A stretch of DNA of 25,260 nt from a virus: the IMG/VR virus record IMGVR_UViG_3300023296_001674. The stretch is one strand, 5' to 3'. Positions within the stretch are counted from its first letter, which is position 1, and the number at the start of each line of letters is the position of its first letter. The notes below the pieces were generated by a model. That model ran no database searches. It was given only the letters and a program-made list of their open reading frames with translations, and was not told the DNA's origin. A program made the translations under genes and the position numbers. Positions 23,635 through 25,260 of the stretch are shown in pieces.

Positions 23635-23712
23635 TGACGCAGTATTCCGAAGAGAACGACGGTTGGTTGTAGGGCTGATACTGCCTGATGGGTTCGATTC
23701 CCGCTGTGTCAC
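23635..23712 (+). tRNA. tRNA-like gene: 7/7 acceptor (tgacgca/tgtgtca) and GGTTCGATTCC T-arm, unresolved anticodon arm, no CCA
   Basis: Manual fold only. Confidence 0.3.
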
Positions 23713-23768
23713 TAATTAATGTAACAAAAGGAGAAAGACAATGCTTAGAGGAACACGTTTGATGACTG

Positions 23769-24368
23769 GTGCGGAAGCATCTACATACACGAACACTGTT
23801 GACACACTACGGAGGTGTCTTCATCGATAATAATGTCGAAGAAGTTATAGTTCCGTCGTTATGGGAACAGCAGACATTTATTGATAAAGCAGGAAGTGAA
23901 ATTGTAAATCAGATGTGGGCATTTGAAGATAAGAAAAATCGCCCCGTATGTTTGATACCAGAAGTTACTGGTGTTATACAAGAAATGTGGCGCGATGATT
24001 GGAGTAAATCCAAACCAAAGCCATATTCTATTTTTTATGTGAATCGTTGTTATCGTTATGAACGACCACAGAAGGGTAGATATAGAGAATTCACACAAAT
24101 CGGATTAGAAATTCTTGGTGATACATCAGGGAATGATTACGATATGGCAATTAATTTATTGCAAAAGTGTCTCGATTGTTTTACTATAGATTATAAACTT
24201 ACAGAAACGGTACAACGCGGTTTGGCGTATTATGTTGATGATGGGTTTGAAGTCGAATGTGAGAAGTTGGGCGCACAGAAGCAAATTGCTGGTGGTGGTC
24301 GATACAATGAAGGTATTGGTTGGGCTATCGGCGTTGATAGATTAATATTGGGGATTGATGATGACTAG
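23769..24368 (+). CDS. minimal class II aaRS catalytic core of the HisRS/HisZ type (motif 1 region FEDKKNRPVCLIPEVT, motif 2 YRYERPQKGRYREFTQ, motif 3 GGGRYNEG), lacking the insertion and anticodon-binding domains
   Basis: Motif recall against E. coli HisS; an upstream ATG at 23741 with SD aaggag opens a different frame (MLRGTRL...), suggesting a frameshift at about 23790. Confidence 0.65.
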   Translation: MRKHLHTRTLLTHYGGVFIDNNVEEVIVPSLWEQQTFIDKAGSEIVNQMWAFEDKKNRPVCLIPEVTGVIQEMWRDDWSKSKPKPYSIFYVNRCYRYERPQKGRYREFTQIGLEILGDTSGNDYDMAINLLQKCLDCFTIDYKLTETVQRGLAYYVDDGFEVECEKLGAQKQIAGGGRYNEGIGWAIGVDRLILGIDDD

Positions 24369-24774
24369 TTTACACCTTATTACTTCACCGCGTGAATATG
24401 TGACAACTATGACACATAACTCGGATTATCTTCAGTCTTGCAAGACTAATAAACCATCATGGAAAAAAGCGGATCGTTCATTTCATACACTCGAAAATGG
24501 TGACAAATTATTTAATGTGTACTATGATAATGGTAAATTATGCGTGCAAAGATGGTATCAAAAAAGTGCTAAAATTGAATCTAATGATCTTCATCGATTG
24601 GATGGTCCAGCATATATATCTTATTATGAAAATGGCATGTATTATCGATCTTCGTGGTGGATCAATGGAAATTCTATTTCAGGCAAAGTGATGCGATCAT
24701 GGTTAAAAGAAAATAATATTTCTTCGCCATATTCAGATGAAGATCAAATGGCAATAATATTAAGGTGGGGATGA
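24355..24774 (+). CDS. hypothetical protein (139 aa) with an internally repeated LHR.DGPA...NG segment
   Basis: ATGATGA overlap with the HisRS-like stop. Confidence 0.5.
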   Translation: MMMTSLHLITSPREYVTTMTHNSDYLQSCKTNKPSWKKADRSFHTLENGDKLFNVYYDNGKLCVQRWYQKSAKIESNDLHRLDGPAYISYYENGMYYRSSWWINGNSISGKVMRSWLKENNISSPYSDEDQMAIILRWG

Positions 24775-24962
24775 AAACTGATATATCATCAGATGATGAA
24801 AAAGAATTGATGTATTATATTAAAATGTATAGTCTTGGTTTTCATGGCGCAATTAATTTATTGCGATCTGATGGTATGTTAGAATATTTGGTTGATACTG
24901 AAACAGTTAAGTTAGATATTTTAACACACGCAATAGCGAAGAAAATACGTGATACTAAATAA
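24765..24962 (+). CDS. hypothetical protein (65 aa)
   Basis: Overlaps the upstream stop. Confidence 0.45.
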   Translation: MGMKTDISSDDEKELMYYIKMYSLGFHGAINLLRSDGMLEYLVDTETVKLDILTHAIAKKIRDTK

Positions 24963-24966
24963 CAAT

Positions 24967-25043
24967 GGGCGATTAATCTGGCGAAAATAGGGGTAAAAGG
25001 TGAAGCTCCCCCTTCAGGCGGGTTCAATTCCACGCATCGTCCA
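24967..25043 (+). tRNA. degenerate tRNA-like gene: acceptor gggcgat/atcgtcc, 8-nt T-loop, 6-nt anticodon-type loop, no CCA
   Basis: Manual fold only. Confidence 0.3.
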
Positions 25044-25056
25044 CAAATACCCTATG

Positions 25057-25128
25057 GCTGGGGTGCTAGGAACACAGTTGTCCTTCATATGGATAATGCG
25101 CAGGGGGCGGAACCCTGACCAGCTACCA
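25057..25128 (+). tRNA. tRNA, anticodon CAU (Met/Ile2-like), non-canonical T-loop ggcggaa
   Basis: Anticodon stem tgtcc/ggata, loop ttcatat, acceptor ggctggg/accagct 6/7, CCA encoded. Confidence 0.55.
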
Positions 25129-25135
25129 ATACCAT

Positions 25136-25210
25136 GCTCTTGTAACATAATGGCTAATGTGAGCGTCTCATAAACGTTTGAAGAAGGTTCGATTCCTTCC
25201 TGGAGTACCA
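25136..25210 (+). tRNA. tRNA-Met-like, anticodon CAU
   Basis: D-stem acat/atgt, anticodon stem agcgt/acgtt, loop ctcataa, T-arm gaaggTTCGATTccttc. Confidence 0.7.
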
Positions 25211-25219
25211 ATAAAAGAC

Positions 25220-25248
25220 TTGACATAACTTTCAAGTTTTGATATATT
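25220..25248 (+). promoter_or_regulatory. sigma70-like promoter TTGACA-N17-TATATT at the window edge
   Basis: TTGACA 25220-25225, TATATT 25243-25248. Confidence 0.45.
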
Positions 25249-25260
25249 GTACATAGAAGA

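Overview
This window is an AT-rich phage-type accessory region dominated by a very large tRNA gene array, roughly 45 tRNA or tRNA-like genes, all on the + strand. The tRNAs are tightly spaced and almost every one ends with an encoded CCA followed by AT. Four paralogous HNH-type homing-endonuclease genes sit between the tRNA blocks, and several sigma70-consensus promoters (TTGACA-N16/17-TATAAT, T4-early-like) and two hairpin terminators punctuate the array. About 40 small ORFs with good Shine-Dalgarno sites are mostly hypothetical. Recognisable products are a TK1-type thymidine kinase, a membrane fatty-acid-desaturase-like protein, a CX5R dual-specificity phosphatase, a DEDDh 3'-5' exonuclease, an asparagine-synthetase-like PP-loop protein with no N-terminal Cys, a ribosomal bL12 C-terminal-domain homolog, a minimal HisRS/HisZ-like class II aaRS core, a Pol-beta-superfamily nucleotidyltransferase and a sulfotransferase-like protein. 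The most unusual signals are in the tRNA array, and all rest on manual folding that needs covariance-model and experimental confirmation. (1) Isoacceptors appear to come in pairs: a canonical gene plus a diverged second copy with an expanded arm or insertion. (2) A tRNA-Gly(UCC)-like gene carries a structured insertion of about 98 nt in its anticodon loop. (3) Two loci place a tRNA 3' portion immediately upstream of its complementary 5' portion. (4) One tRNA appears to carry a CUA (amber-reading) anticodon.
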